NCBI GenBank assembly: GCA_903813345.2
Contig: CAIIXF020000001.1
Location: 186,001-250,000 of the forward strand
Reading direction: 5' to 3'
DNA: 64,000 nucleotides
DNA from: Owenia fusiformis
Lineage: Eukaryota
Numbering within the stretch: the first letter of the stretch is position 1; the number at the start of each line of letters is the position of its first letter. Of the stretch, positions 1 through 13,100 are shown one piece after another. The position numbers and the translations under genes are program-made. The notes beneath the pieces were generated by a model that was not told the origin of the DNA, searched no databases, and worked only from the letters and a program-made list of their open reading frames with translations.

Positions 1-339
1 GGATTTTGATAAGTTTCAAAATCTAACATGGCTCTCGAAGTGAGTAACTATGCTTACTATAATCTAGGGATTACTGAACACATTTGGCTCAAATCTGCCA
101 GGTCGGAAGAGTTATATAGGGATCTGAATTATTCCATTTGTGTCCAGTGGCAATTTGTACCTTAGGGAAACCCCTGGTCAGGGGGGTTTCACTAGAATAG
201 TGAAAAACAACATGCAAAATCAATGGAAATCATTTATTTAACATGGAAAATTTGAAACGTCCCTGAAAAACAACAGCAGATTTTGTGAAAACAACATGAA
301 AATCGCCTGTTGCTAATGAAACCCTTGAAATGAAATACA

Positions 340-640
340 TGTAGGTACACCCCCTCCAAAAAGTTTGTAAACAATTGCAATCTAGTTTCAGTCCCCTCCA
401 ACATAATATACTGTATAATGGTTATATGCGCACTCCCCTCCAAAAGTTTTTTAGAACAATTTTAATAGGTAAATTCCCCTCCCAAAAGTTTGGAAACAAT
501 TGTATTAGGAATACTACCCTATAAAAGTATGGAAACAGTTATAAAGGAACACTCCCTAAAAAGTTTGGAAAGAAATGTAGTAGGTACACTCCCTCCAAAA
601 GTTTGGAAACAATTGTAATAGGTGCACTCCCTTTCAAAAT
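340..640. repeat. Degenerate ~38-bp minisatellite
   Basis: Recurrent ggtacactccctccaaaagtttggaaacaattgtaata. Confidence 0.75.
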
Positions 641-2019
641 TATTTCTTATCTGACATATCTTGTGGCCCGCACTAGGTTTAACATCCGTGCCTATTCGGC
701 CCTTGATGCAAAAATTTTAATTGTGGCCTATGGCAGCGCATGAAATTCAATTCGCGTTTTATTAATAACTGAGAATTTGCTACCAATGAAAGCTTAGCAC
801 GGAAGTTAAACCCAATCATGGCAACAAGAACATTCAGATTAATAAATAATAAAAACTGTGGTATTGGGTTTACTTGTTGAACTATGTTCAGCTCATGCTT
901 TAAGATGCAGTGGTTCATAATTGACTGTTCCGCCTTATCTTGCACCAAGACCATCTCTTCGTCCTGGTTTTGGAGTTAGTCTATATCCAACAGACTGAAT
1001 ATCTTGAGAATTCAGTCTATTGATCATCATGTCACTCCTGTGGGAAAAAACATGGAATTTTCTGCACAAAATTGTCGAATTTAGGAAGCTTCACTTCCCA
1101 AAAATAAACATAATAACAATTTAGGTACAATTAGATGCTATAAGAAGTAACACATCATATTGTTAAATGGAAATAAAGCTAGGGGAAGTAACAAATATGC
1201 AAATTAACTTACTCCATCGTCCATTTTGAATGACACTTCCTATATAAACAAATATTTTTCGATCCCACATTTTAACATATGTGGGCTATAGTCTGAATAT
1301 TTTCAATCCAAATTTCAAAAAAAATTCAGACAAGAGGCAAGAAGCACACATTATATTTTCAAAATTCAAAATTTATCGGTGCTAGCTTAACGCATATATT
1401 TCTTACCTCTATTGATTCTTGACTTCACAAGAAGGAGTCTTGCCCTAGACTATATCCTATTCACTCTGAATATATTCAGACTATAGTCTGTTAAACTGCC
1501 TCAAGACAATAAGTTGAACCAAATAGATAAGAAGTAGTGCCTTACGGTAATGCCGGGTTGTCGGCAGCGGCAGTAGATACTCTCAATTGCTGGCAATAAA
1601 ATCCATTGCCGATAATCGCCACGCTGCTGCAACATGATGATTGGCATTGCGATCCATTGTCAAATTTACGAAACAATGTTCGTTTAAGAATGTTTTATCA
1701 TGATATTTCAATCTCCACATTTGAAGAGCTAATCTGTCAATCAACTGCACAGCAATCGTAAAAGGCGGAAGGATAAGCAAAAACCCACCCACTTCTGTCA
1801 ATCATCGCCCATGCCGCGAGATTTACAAAACACATGACATTAGATTTCGGCGAAGTAAAAAACAAACACAAATAGTTTGATCAATTTTAATCGAATTCAC
1901 TCTTTATTATCGTTTCAAAGACTTCCTAACAATACACAATCACACACAAGATACTACGAGGTTATATAATGGGTCATTTTGTATATCGTATTTATACTCG
2001 AGTGAGTGCCACTCTTACC

Positions 2020-2833
2020 ATTCCAAACTAGCAAATTTCGACCTTAAAGTACTTGGCTCATATTCCCAGGCCTGTCAACTTGGGAACACCTAACATGAGT
2101 GACTTGGAAATGTTGAACACCTCCCCTCAAAATCTGGACACCTTGGTCCAAATCTGGACACCTTGATCCAAATTTTGAACACCTTGGTTTAAATTTGATT
2201 ACATCTTGCCAAATTTTGAACACCTCAAATTTTTCGCGCTCACTACGCTCGCGTTTCATACATCCGTCAACGGGGGGGGGGGGGAAGGGACGAAAAATTT
2301 CGAACGGAATGCGTGACATATACGTAATTCGCGTGAAAAGTCCGAACGGAATGCGTACATTTTTTTCCGGCGTTCGTATTTTTGCTGTGTAGACGATCTT
2401 TTTTAGAAATTTTTCTACAGAAATATTTTTGCTTGACAATTACCAGGTAAAATGCGTATTTGCGTGACATTTTCTGTCACGCAAAAATAACTGGCGTGAC
2501 TTCAAATTCTTCAGCAAATGGGTGACAAATACGCAAATTGCGGGACAGTTGACAGGCCTGTATTCCTCTCCGTTCTCTTGTCTCACTGTAATGATGAATT
2601 CTGATACAAATCCATTTAAATCTTTTGGTTCAATGTTTTTGGGCTTTCTCAGTTCCCCTTTCAACCTCAGAAAGTCTAGGAAATGATTAATGTCAGATCT
2701 GTCTTTTTTTTACAGTGTTCAGGTTTCTCTGATCCATTATAAATTCATTCACATCAACCTTTGATTCCTCGATGCCTCCTACTTCTACCAGTTCACTTTC
2801 TCCGGTCGAAAGTTTTCCAACGACATCTGCCAT
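2020..2833 (-). pseudogene. Crypton-type tyrosine recombinase (DUF3504-associated) N-terminal remnant, frameshifted and split by a MITE
   Basis: FIMDQRNLNTVKK/..DINHFLDFLRLKGELRKPKNIEPKDLNGFVSEFIITVRQENGEEY, and after removing the MITE EPSTLRSKFASLE; matches the recalled F..VRK..G.EYEP.TL motif of Crypton/ZMYM/KCTD1/QRICH1-like proteins. Confidence 0.7.
2067..2560. mobile_element. hAT-like MITE with 6-bp TSD
   Basis: TIR CAGGCCTGTCAACT...AGTTGACAGGCCTG; TATTCC on both sides. Confidence 0.85.
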
Positions 2834-4106
2834 TGTTGTTTTTGCAGGAGATCAATGCAGGCAGAGATATCCCGTGAACTTCTAGTACATTTTAACCTAT
2901 GCGCCTGCGCAGATCGCTAGTCTTTATGGGTAGACTGTAGCTAGTTGTCACTATGATGCACAACCACGCCATCTTTCAATAGCAGTAAAAGTTTTTTATA
3001 TTGATTAGTTCCCAAAATGCACTTCTACAGTGGTATACGCTAGAGTGGTATACGGTGGAGTGTATACGATGAAAGTGATTTGAGACGTTTTCTCATCTAA
3101 GGGTACTTTTAAAAGATATAATTTGAATCTTGAATTCTTAATGCATTAAAAGAAATAAAAGAAATTGTACATTTGGAGTATGATACTCCAGCGCCGTTTT
3201 CAATAGCTTTTACTCTTAGCGTTGTTGGACTTCAAACAGAAGTTAGTTACCCGCAAATGATATATCCATTGCATGGAGTAAGTAATTTTCTTTGGTATAG
3301 CGAATGATATGAGTAAAAAATAAATTGTGTGGATTTCTTAATGTTTCTATGCAAAATAGCACGCTCCGTCACAGCGGACAACTTTTTCGATACCGGCCTG
3401 TGAATATGAAAATGTTTTTCCATATATTCTTGCACAATAATCTTTAGATTTCTTTTTTAGGTTCAACTGGTTGCCTTGAAGCAATTTAATAAACTACATA
3501 TCAAAGCAACCTATGTTAAGATTTGGGAATTCAAAATATTTGTTTATAAAGGAAGTGCTATTCAAAATGGCTGATGGAGTGTATTAATTTGCATATTTGT
3601 TACTTCAACTAGCTTTACTTCCACTTGACAATACGCTGTGTTACTCTTTAGCTCACATGGTGAGCTTTTGCAATCACTCACTTGTTATTGCATTTAATTG
3701 TACCCTACTACTTAATTGAAGTGTTATAATGTTTATTTTTATGAACTGATACTTCCTAAAATTGATAATTTTGTGCGAAAAATTTCGCTGCAATTTCCAC
3801 AGGACGGTAGTACATCATAACAGACTGACTTCTATTCAGTCAGTCTGTTTGATACATACTAGGTCTAGCCCTTATAAGGACTCTCGACAGGGGCATTTCC
3901 CCTCAGTAAAATTAGACCCTTCTCCAAGCTGCATATGATTTCTTGACATTGGGATATATGATGACAAGACGTTAATAGAGTAAGAATGTAATCAATTTTA
4001 TGAAAGAACTGAAATAATTCTGCCATTTCACCCTTCATTACAAGTTATTAATTTGTCTCTTTTTGCACTCATTATTAATTTGTCTCTTTTTGCACTCATT
4101 TTTCAG

Positions 4107-4185
4107 GTCAGAACATTCAAAGACAAATTAGAGAAAGAAAAGGGCAAAGAATTCCCTTCTGATGGACTGAAACTTATTTATGCAG
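4107..4185 (+). CDS. RAD23: RAD23 exon (UBL)
   Basis: tttcag|[26 protein letters not shown]|gtaaaa. Confidence 0.92.
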
Positions 4186-7100
4186 GTAAAAATGTTTCGG
4201 AGACAAATAATGTTATTATGTCACCACTACAGGTGTATGTAAATAATGGCAGGTGGTGACATTCTGCATGTTAATGCCTTGTTAATGATTATTGTTTTAT
4301 TCCATGGTCTTCTAACACTGGATCTATTGTTTTGGGATTGCTATATACATAGTATGTAAGTTTTCTTCCCTTTTCATTGTTTGGGTCTATTGTTTGGGAA
4401 CTGCATACATAGTATGTAAGTTTTCTTCCCTTTTCATTGCAGGAAAAATATTGGACAATGACAAAACAATCAAAGAATATAAGATTGAGGAGAAGAATTT
4501 TGTTGTTGTGATGGTCACAAAGGTAAGAAGATAATTTGGTTGCATTGTTGGCTTGTGCATTTGTCTAATTACTAGCCATTCAAATTTCAGAACAATCAGT
4601 ATTTTGTCAATTTTTGTGGAAATTTAATTCTGTTGTTGACCTTGGGCCTCATGTCAACCTTGGGCTTCAATCAGATTCAGATTCCATTTCGATCAGAGCT
4701 CTAATAAAATCTTATAAATAGTTTTCAAATGAATATCAGTTGTAACTCATCAACTCTATTATGCATGTACATATTTCAAGTATTTATTTCTTTATTTGAA
4801 TTAATAAATCCAAAGTTTCATATGCAATCTCAATAAATGTTTTTTATGCTCTCCATCATTGACCAGGGTCATGTTTGAATTGCATGTAGCAACCCATTCT
4901 TATGATGCACTCAGGCTTCACCTTCATGCATTATGTATAGGGTTAGTACATTCACTCGTATTTCTTATGATTTCCAATATAGAATGCAACAGGATTCTCT
5001 ATTCTTAAATATAAATGTATTTGCTAGTCAAAGCCTAGTGCAAGTAAGCCTACAGCTGCAAAACCTGCAGAGACTCCTGCATCCATTCCTGCAGCCACAC
5101 CTGCAGCTGCTACACCCGAACCACCCACACCTGTAGCTCAGCCTACTCCAGAACGAGATCCAAAGCCAGAGGAGAAGAAGACAGAAGACACTAATGTTAC
5201 AACAGAAAGGTATTATGTTTGAAATGGTTGAGTGAACCCATGTTGCTTTTGAATTTTCTGTACATTTTAACCTATTGATATGTACTTCTATAATACAGTT
5301 GTAAGCTTGTTCCATTTGAAATCTAAGGATATATTTAAAAGTACCCTGTTTACATATTCTTAGCCTTATGGATTACTATTCTTACATTATTACAATGGTA
5401 TTTTATACTATTAGATGCCATTTAAATCTGACTTCTCTATTTATTTATTTTTTTACTTGTAATTACAGCACAGCAAGTACAACATCAGAAACTGCAAGTA
5501 CGGCAGCATCTATATCTGACTCTGCCTCAACACTACTAGCAGCCCAGAGCACACTTGTGACAGGAGAGGAGTATGAGAAGATGATAAAAGAGATAATGAG
5601 CATGGGTTTTGAGAGAGACCAGGTGATTAGAGCGCTGAGGGCAAGCTTCAACAACCCAGACAGGGCTGTAGATTATCTTTTCAATGTGAGTGCCTTCTAG
5701 TTTGTTGTCAATTTGTATTGTTTCACTGTATTTTCACATAACTGATTGGCTTGCTGTATCTTTGTCTTTTTCACATTTGATACGTATGGTGATATCATTT
5801 GAAATGAGAACACAGACATTATATTGTAAAAATTCTTGATATGGTGAATATTGATCACTTAAAAGTGTAGTGCTTAAATCCATTAGGCTGCCATCTTTTA
5901 AGATTTCACTCAGGAAGTAATGTCATCAACTCTCAACTTTGCATATAGCATTAGATAAGGACCTATTAAGAGTGTTACAAGATCAACTGAATATTTTTTT
6001 CAATTTCGTCTATGATAAAAATCCTTCTTATAAACTCTTCTTTAATTCTAAGTTGACAAGCCCTGAAAATTTGGTCACTCTCTGTGGATCTGATTCTGCC
6101 TAAGGAAACGCTGATAATTATATCACACAAATTATAAACACAATGCAAGCTTGTAATTATGAACACAACCATGTAATTCTAAACACAACCATTTAATTAT
6201 TTACATAGGGCATACCTGAGGTATCAGAAGCTGTAGCTCCACCAGCACCAGCCTCAGCTCCAGCTGCTCCAACAGGTCAGGCTCCAGTTTCTGCTACAGG
6301 ACAGGCTCCAGTTCCTGCTACAGGACAGGCTCCAGTTCCTCTTGCTGTCCCAGACCTACCAGTTGCAGGAGGTCAGGTCCCAGCAGGCACTGCTCCCACA
6401 CCCCCACAACCTGCACCTGGAGGTTAGAAGTCTTAAATATTGGAGCTTTTAAGAGGCGAAACTTTAAGATTTACTATTTTATATACATCATAAAAGATAA
6501 ATAGAGTTCTTTCAAAATGGTGTCATTTAATCACTCTCAATCTTTTTCTGAGGCACAAGAATGAGCAACCCTCTGTATACATTTGACAATTATTCACTAT
6601 CCTTTTCTCAGGCACAAGAATGAGCAACCCTCTGCATACATTTGACAATTATTCACTATCCTTTTCTGAGGCACAAGAATGAGCAACCCTCTGCATACAT
6701 TTGACAATTATTCACTATCCTTTTCTGAGGCACAAGAATGAGCAACCCTCTGCATACATTTGACAATTATTCACTATCCTTTGCTGAGGCACAAGAATGA
6801 GCAACCCTCCGCATACATTTGACAATTATTCACTATCCTTTTCTGAGGAACAAGAATGAGCAACCCTCTGCATACATTTGACAATTATTCACTATCCTTT
6901 GCTGAGGCACAAGAATGAGCAACCCTCCGCATACATTTGACAATTATTCACTATCCTTTTCTGAGGCACAAGAATGAGCAACCCTCTGCATACATTTGAC
7001 AATTATTCACTATCCTTTTCTGAGGCACAAGAATGAGCAACCCTCTGTATACATTTGACAATTATTCACTATCCTTTTCTGAGGCACAAGAATGAGCAAC

Positions 7101-10100
7101 CCTCTGCATACATTTGACAATTATTCACTATCCTTTTCTGAGGCACAAGAATGAGCAACCCTCTGCATACATTTGACAATTATTCACTATCCTTTTCTGG
7201 GGCACAAGAATGAGCAACCCTCTGCATACATTTGACAATTATTCACTATCCTTTTCTGGGGCACAAGAATGAGCAACCCTCTGCATACATTTGACAATTA
7301 TTCACTATCCTTTTCTGAGGCATAAGGTTGAGCAACCCTCCGCATACATTTGACAATTATTCACTATCCTTTTCTGAGGCACAAGAATGAGCAAACCTCC
7401 GCATACATTTGACAATTATTCACTATCCTTTTCTCAGGCACAAGAATGAGCAACCCTCTGCATACATTTGACAATTATTCGCTATCCTTTTCTGAGGCAC
7501 AAGAATGAGCAATCCTCTCCATACATTTGACAATTATTCACTATCCTTTTCTGAGGCACAAGAATGAGCAACCCTCTGCATACATTTGACAATTATTCAC
7601 TATCCTTTGCTGAGGCACAAGAATGAGCAACCCTCTGCATACATTTGACAATTATTCACTATCCTTTTCTGAGGCACAAGAATGAGCAACCCTCTGCATA
7701 CATTTGACAATTATTCACTATCCTTTGCTGAGGCACAAGAATGAGCAACCCTCTGCATACATTTGACAATTATTCACTATCCTTTTCTGAGGCACAAGAA
7801 TGAGCAACCCTCTGCATACATTTGACAATTATTCACTATCCTTTTCTCAGGCACAAGAATGAGCAACCCTCTGCATACATTTGACAATTATTCACTATCC
7901 TTTTCTGAGGCACAAGAATGAGCAACCCTCTGCATACATTTGACAATTATTCACTATCCTTTGCTGAGGCACAAGAATGAGCAACCCTCTGCATACATTT
8001 GACAATTATTCACTATCCTTTTCTGAGGCACAAGAATGAGCAACCCTCTGCATACATTTGACAATTATTCACTATCCTTTGCTGAGGCACAAGAATGAGC
8101 AACCCTCTGCATACATTTGACAATTATTCACTATCCTTTTCTGAGGCACAAGAATGAGCAACCCTCTGCATACATTTGACAATTATTCACTATCCTTTGC
8201 TGAGGCACAAGAATGAGCAACCCTCCGCATACATTTGACAATTATTCACTATCCTTTTCTGAGGCACAAGAATGAGCAACCCTCTGCATACATTTGACAA
8301 TTATTCACTATCCTTTGCTGAGGCACAAGAATGAGCAACCCTCTGCATACATTTGACAATTATTCACTATCCTTTTCTGAGGCACAAGAATGAGCAACCC
8401 TCTGCATACATTTGACAATTATTCACTATCCTTTGCTGAGGCACAAGAATGAGCAACCCTCTGCATACATTTGACAATTATTCACTATCCTTTTCTGAGG
8501 CACAAGAATGAGCAACCCTCTGCATACATTTGACAATTATTCACTATCCTTTTCTGAGGCACAAGAATGAGCAACCCTCTGCATACATTTGACAATTATT
8601 CACTATCCTTTTCTGAGGCATAAGGTTGAGCAACCCTCCGCATACATTTGACAATTATTCACTATCCTTTTCTGAGGCACAAGAATGAGCAACCCTCTGC
8701 ATACATTTGACAATTATTCACTATCCTTTTCTGAGGCACAAGAATGAGCAACCCTCCGCATACATTTGACAATTATTCACTATCCTTTTCTGAGGAACAA
8801 GAATGAGCAACCCTCCGCAAACATTTGACAATTATTCACTATCCTTTTCTGAGGCACAAGAATGAGCAACCCTCCGCATACATTTGACAATTATTCACTA
8901 TCCTTTTCTGAGGCATAAGAATGAGCAACCCTCTGCATACATTTGACAATTATTCACTATCCTTTTCTGAGGAACAAGAATGAGCAACTCTCTGCATACA
9001 TTTGACAATTATTCGCTATCCTTTTCTGGGGAACAAGAATGAGCAACCCTCTGCATACATTTGACAATTATTCACTATCCTTTTCTGAGGCACAAGAATG
9101 AGCAACCCTCTGCATACATTTGACAATTATTCACTATCCTTTTCTGAGGCACAAGAATGAGCAACCCTCCGCATACATTTGACAATTATTCACTATCCTT
9201 TTCTGAGGCACAAGAATGAGCAACCCTCCGCATACATTTGACAATTATTCACTATCCTTTTCTGAGGCACAAGAATGAGCAACCCTCTGCATACATTTGA
9301 CAATTATTCACTATCCTTTTCTGAGGCACAAAAATGAGCAACCCTCTGCATACATTTGACAATTATTCACTATCCTTTTCTGAGGCACAAGAATGAGCAA
9401 CTCTCTGCATACATTTGACAATTATTCGCTATCCTTTTCTGGGGAACAAGAATGAGCAAACCTCTGCATACATTTGACAATTATTCACTATCCTTTTCTG
9501 AGGCATAAGAATGAGCAACCCTCTGCATACATTTGACAATTATTCACTATCCTTTTCTGAGGCACAAGAATGAGCAACCCTCTCCATACATTTGACAATT
9601 ATTCACTATCCTTTGCTGAGGCACAAGAATGAGCAACCCTCTGCATACATTTGACAATTATTCACTATCCTTTTCTGAGGCACAAGAATGAGCAACCCTC
9701 TGCATACATTTGACAATTATTCACTATCCTTTTCTGAGGCACAAGAATGAGCAACCCTCTGCATACATTTGACAATTATTCACTATCCTTTTCTGAGGCA
9801 CAAGAATGAGCAACCCTCCGCATACATTTGACAATTATTCACTATCCTTTTCTGAGGCACAAGAATGAGCAACCCTCCGCATACATTTGACAATTATTCA
9901 CTATCCTTTTCTGAGGCACAAGAATGAGCAACCCTCCGCAAACATTTGACAATTATTCGCTATCCTTTTCTGAGGCACAAGAATGAGCAACCCTCCGCAT
10001 ACATTTGACAATTATTCACTATCCTTTTCTGAGGCACAAGAATCCTTTTCTGAGGCACAAGAATGAGCAACCCTCTGCATACATTTGACAATTATTCACT

Positions 10101-13100
10101 ATCCTTTTCTGAGGAACAAGAATGAGCAACCCTCTGCATACATTTGACAATTATTCACTATCCTTTTCTGATGCACAAGAATGAGCAACCCTCTCCATAC
10201 ATTTGACAATTATTCACTATCCTTTTCTGAGGCACAAGAATGAGCAACCCTCTGCATACATTTGACAATTATTCACTATCCTTTTCTGAGGCACAAGAAT
10301 GAGCAACCCTCTCCATACATTTGACAATTATTCACTATCCTTTTCTGAGGCACAAGAATGAGCAACCCTCTGCATACATTTGACAATTATTCACTATCCT
10401 TTTCTGAGGCACAAGAATGAGCAACCCTCTCCATACATTTGACAATTATTCACTATCCTTTTCTGAGGCACAAGAATGAGCAACCCTCTCCATACATTTG
10501 ACAATTATTCACTATCCTTTTCTGAGGCATAAGAATGAGCAACCCTCTCCATACATTTGACAATTATTCACTATCCTTTTCTGAGGCACAAGAATGAGCA
10601 ACCCTCTCCATACATTTGACAATTATTCACTATCCTTTTCTGAGGCACAAGAATGAGCAACCCTCTCCATACATTTGACAATTATTCACTATCCTTTTCT
10701 GAGGCACAAGAATGAGCAACCCTCTCCATACATTTGACAATTATTCACTATCCTTTTCTGAGGAACAAGAATGAGCAACCCTCTGCATACATTTGACAAT
10801 TATTCACTATCCTTTTCTGGGGAACAAGAATGAGCAACCCTCCGCATACATTTGACAATTATTCACTATCCTTTTCTGAGGCACAAGAATGAGCAACCCT
10901 CTGCATACATTTGACAATTATTCACTATCCTTTTCTGAGGCACAAGAATGAGCAACCCTCCGCATACATTTGACAATTATTCACTATCCTTTTCTGAGGC
11001 ACAAGAATGAGCAACCCTCTGCATACATTTGACAATTATTCACTATCCTTTTCTGAGGCATAAGGTTGAGCAACCCTCCGCATACATTTGACAATTATTC
11101 ACTATCCTTTTCTGAGGCATAAGGTTGAGCAACCCTCCGCATACATTTGACAATTATTCACTATCCTTTTCTGAGGCACAAGAATGAGCAACCCTCTGCA
11201 TACATTTGACAATTATTCACTATCCTTTTCTGAGGCATAAGGTTGAGCAACCCTCCGCATACATTTGACAATTATTCACTATCCTTTTCTGAGGCACAAG
11301 AATGAGCAACCCTCTGCATACATTTGACAATTATTCACTATCCTTTTCTGAGGCACAAGAATGAGCAACCCTCCGCATACATTTGACAATTATTCACTAT
11401 CCTTTTCTGAGGAACAAGAATGAGCAACCCTCCGCAAACATTTGACAATTATTCGCTATCCTTTTCTGAGGCACAAGAATGAGCAACCCTCCGCATACAT
11501 TTGACAATTATTCACTATCCTTTTCTGAGGCATAAGAATGAGCAACCCTCTGCATACATTTGACAATTATTCACTATCCTTTTCTGAGGAACAAGAATGA
11601 GCAACTCTCTGCATACATTTGACAATTATTCGCTATCCTTTTCTGGGGAACAAGAATGAGCAACCCTCTGCATACATTTGACAATTATTCACTATCCTTT
11701 TCTGAGGCACAAGAATGAGCAACCCTCTGCATACATTTGACAATTATTCACTATCCTTTTCTGAGGCACAAGAATGAGCAACCCTCCGCATACATTTGAC
11801 AATTATTCACTATCCTTTTCTGAGGCACAAGAATGAGCAACCCTCCGCATACATTTGACAATTATTCACTATCCTTTTCTGAGGCACAAGAATGAGCAAC
11901 CCTCTGCATACATTTGACAATTATTCACTATCCTTTTCTGAGGCACAAAAATGAGCAACCCTCTGCATACATTTGACAATTATTCACTATCCTTTTCTGA
12001 GGCACAAGAATGAGCAACTCTCTGCATACATTTGACAATTATTCGCTATCCTTTTCTGGGGAACAAGAATGAGCAAACCTCTGCATACATTTGACAATTA
12101 TTCACTATCCTTTTCTGAGGCACAAGAATGAGCAACCCTCTGCATACATTTGACAATTATTCACTATCCTTTTCTGAGGCACAAGAATGAGCAACCCTCC
12201 GCATACATTTGACAATTATTCACTATCCTTTTCTGAGGCACAAGAATGAGCAACCCTCCGCATACATTTGACAATTATTCACTATCCTTTTCTGAGGCAC
12301 AAGAATGAGCAACCCTCCGCATACATTTGACAATTATTCACTATCCTTTTCTGAGGCACAAGAATGAGCAACCCTCTGCATACATTTGACAATTATTCAC
12401 TATCCTTTTCTGAGGCACAAGAATGAGCAACCCTCTGCATACATTTGACAATTATTCAACAAATTCAATTTTATATTCATATTGGGATTAAGATTTTCCT
12501 TGACTTAGATGCTCCGTATGAATCTGATATTTAACAGATGTTTTGTTTCTTTACTTTTCAGAAGACCCCTTGTCATTTTTAGCAACACAGCCGCAGTTTG
12601 ATCAAATGCGCCAATTGGTTCAGACAAACCCTCAGCTCCTTCCCACAATCCTGCGGGAAATATCTCAATCTAATCCACAATTATTACAAGTGAGTGCCAA
12701 TAATATCAATTTCTTCCCAGATTTATTTGGTAAAAGACCGCAGCATGAATGTAAAGAATTCTTTTTTTTCCATTATTCTATCAATGGACCAGTAGTAATT
12801 ATTATGATTTAGTCTTTGTAAATAAATTATTTTTTTCTAATGATTTTTTATGAAAAGTATAGAAATAACACCCAAATTAAATTATTAATATTCAAAAGAA
12901 TACATTTAAATCTACAATATGTAAAAATATCAAAATAGTCTGAAGCGGGCGTAACATGCAGTAGACCGATTTGATAAATGACATTCACTCGGTTTGGAGA
13001 ATGAAGTTCATAAGTGTAACTGCGCTAATAATTTTTTTATGAAATTTTTGGATTGGTTAGGTACCAACTCATTTACATGTTTTGGGAATATTGAAATGTG

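Larger units (their letters stand above)
980..3860. mobile_element. Old long inverted-repeat pair (~980-1260 vs ~3530-3860)
   Basis: For example aacaaatatgcaaattaa..actccatc..ccattttgaat..cacttcct is mirrored by aggaagtg..attcaaaatgg..gatggagt..ttaatttgcatatttgtt. Confidence 0.6.

Noticed and set aside
28-45. ATG GCT CTC GAA|GTGAGT as RAD23 exon 1
   Set aside because: Too short; lacks the expected UBL start (ITLKTLQQQTF-like). The true exon 1 is probably upstream of the window.
6543-12458. CRISPR-like regular array (also the 68-, 89- and 49-bp arrays)
   Set aside because: Head-to-tail units with no unique spacers, no cas genes, and a eukaryotic intron context.
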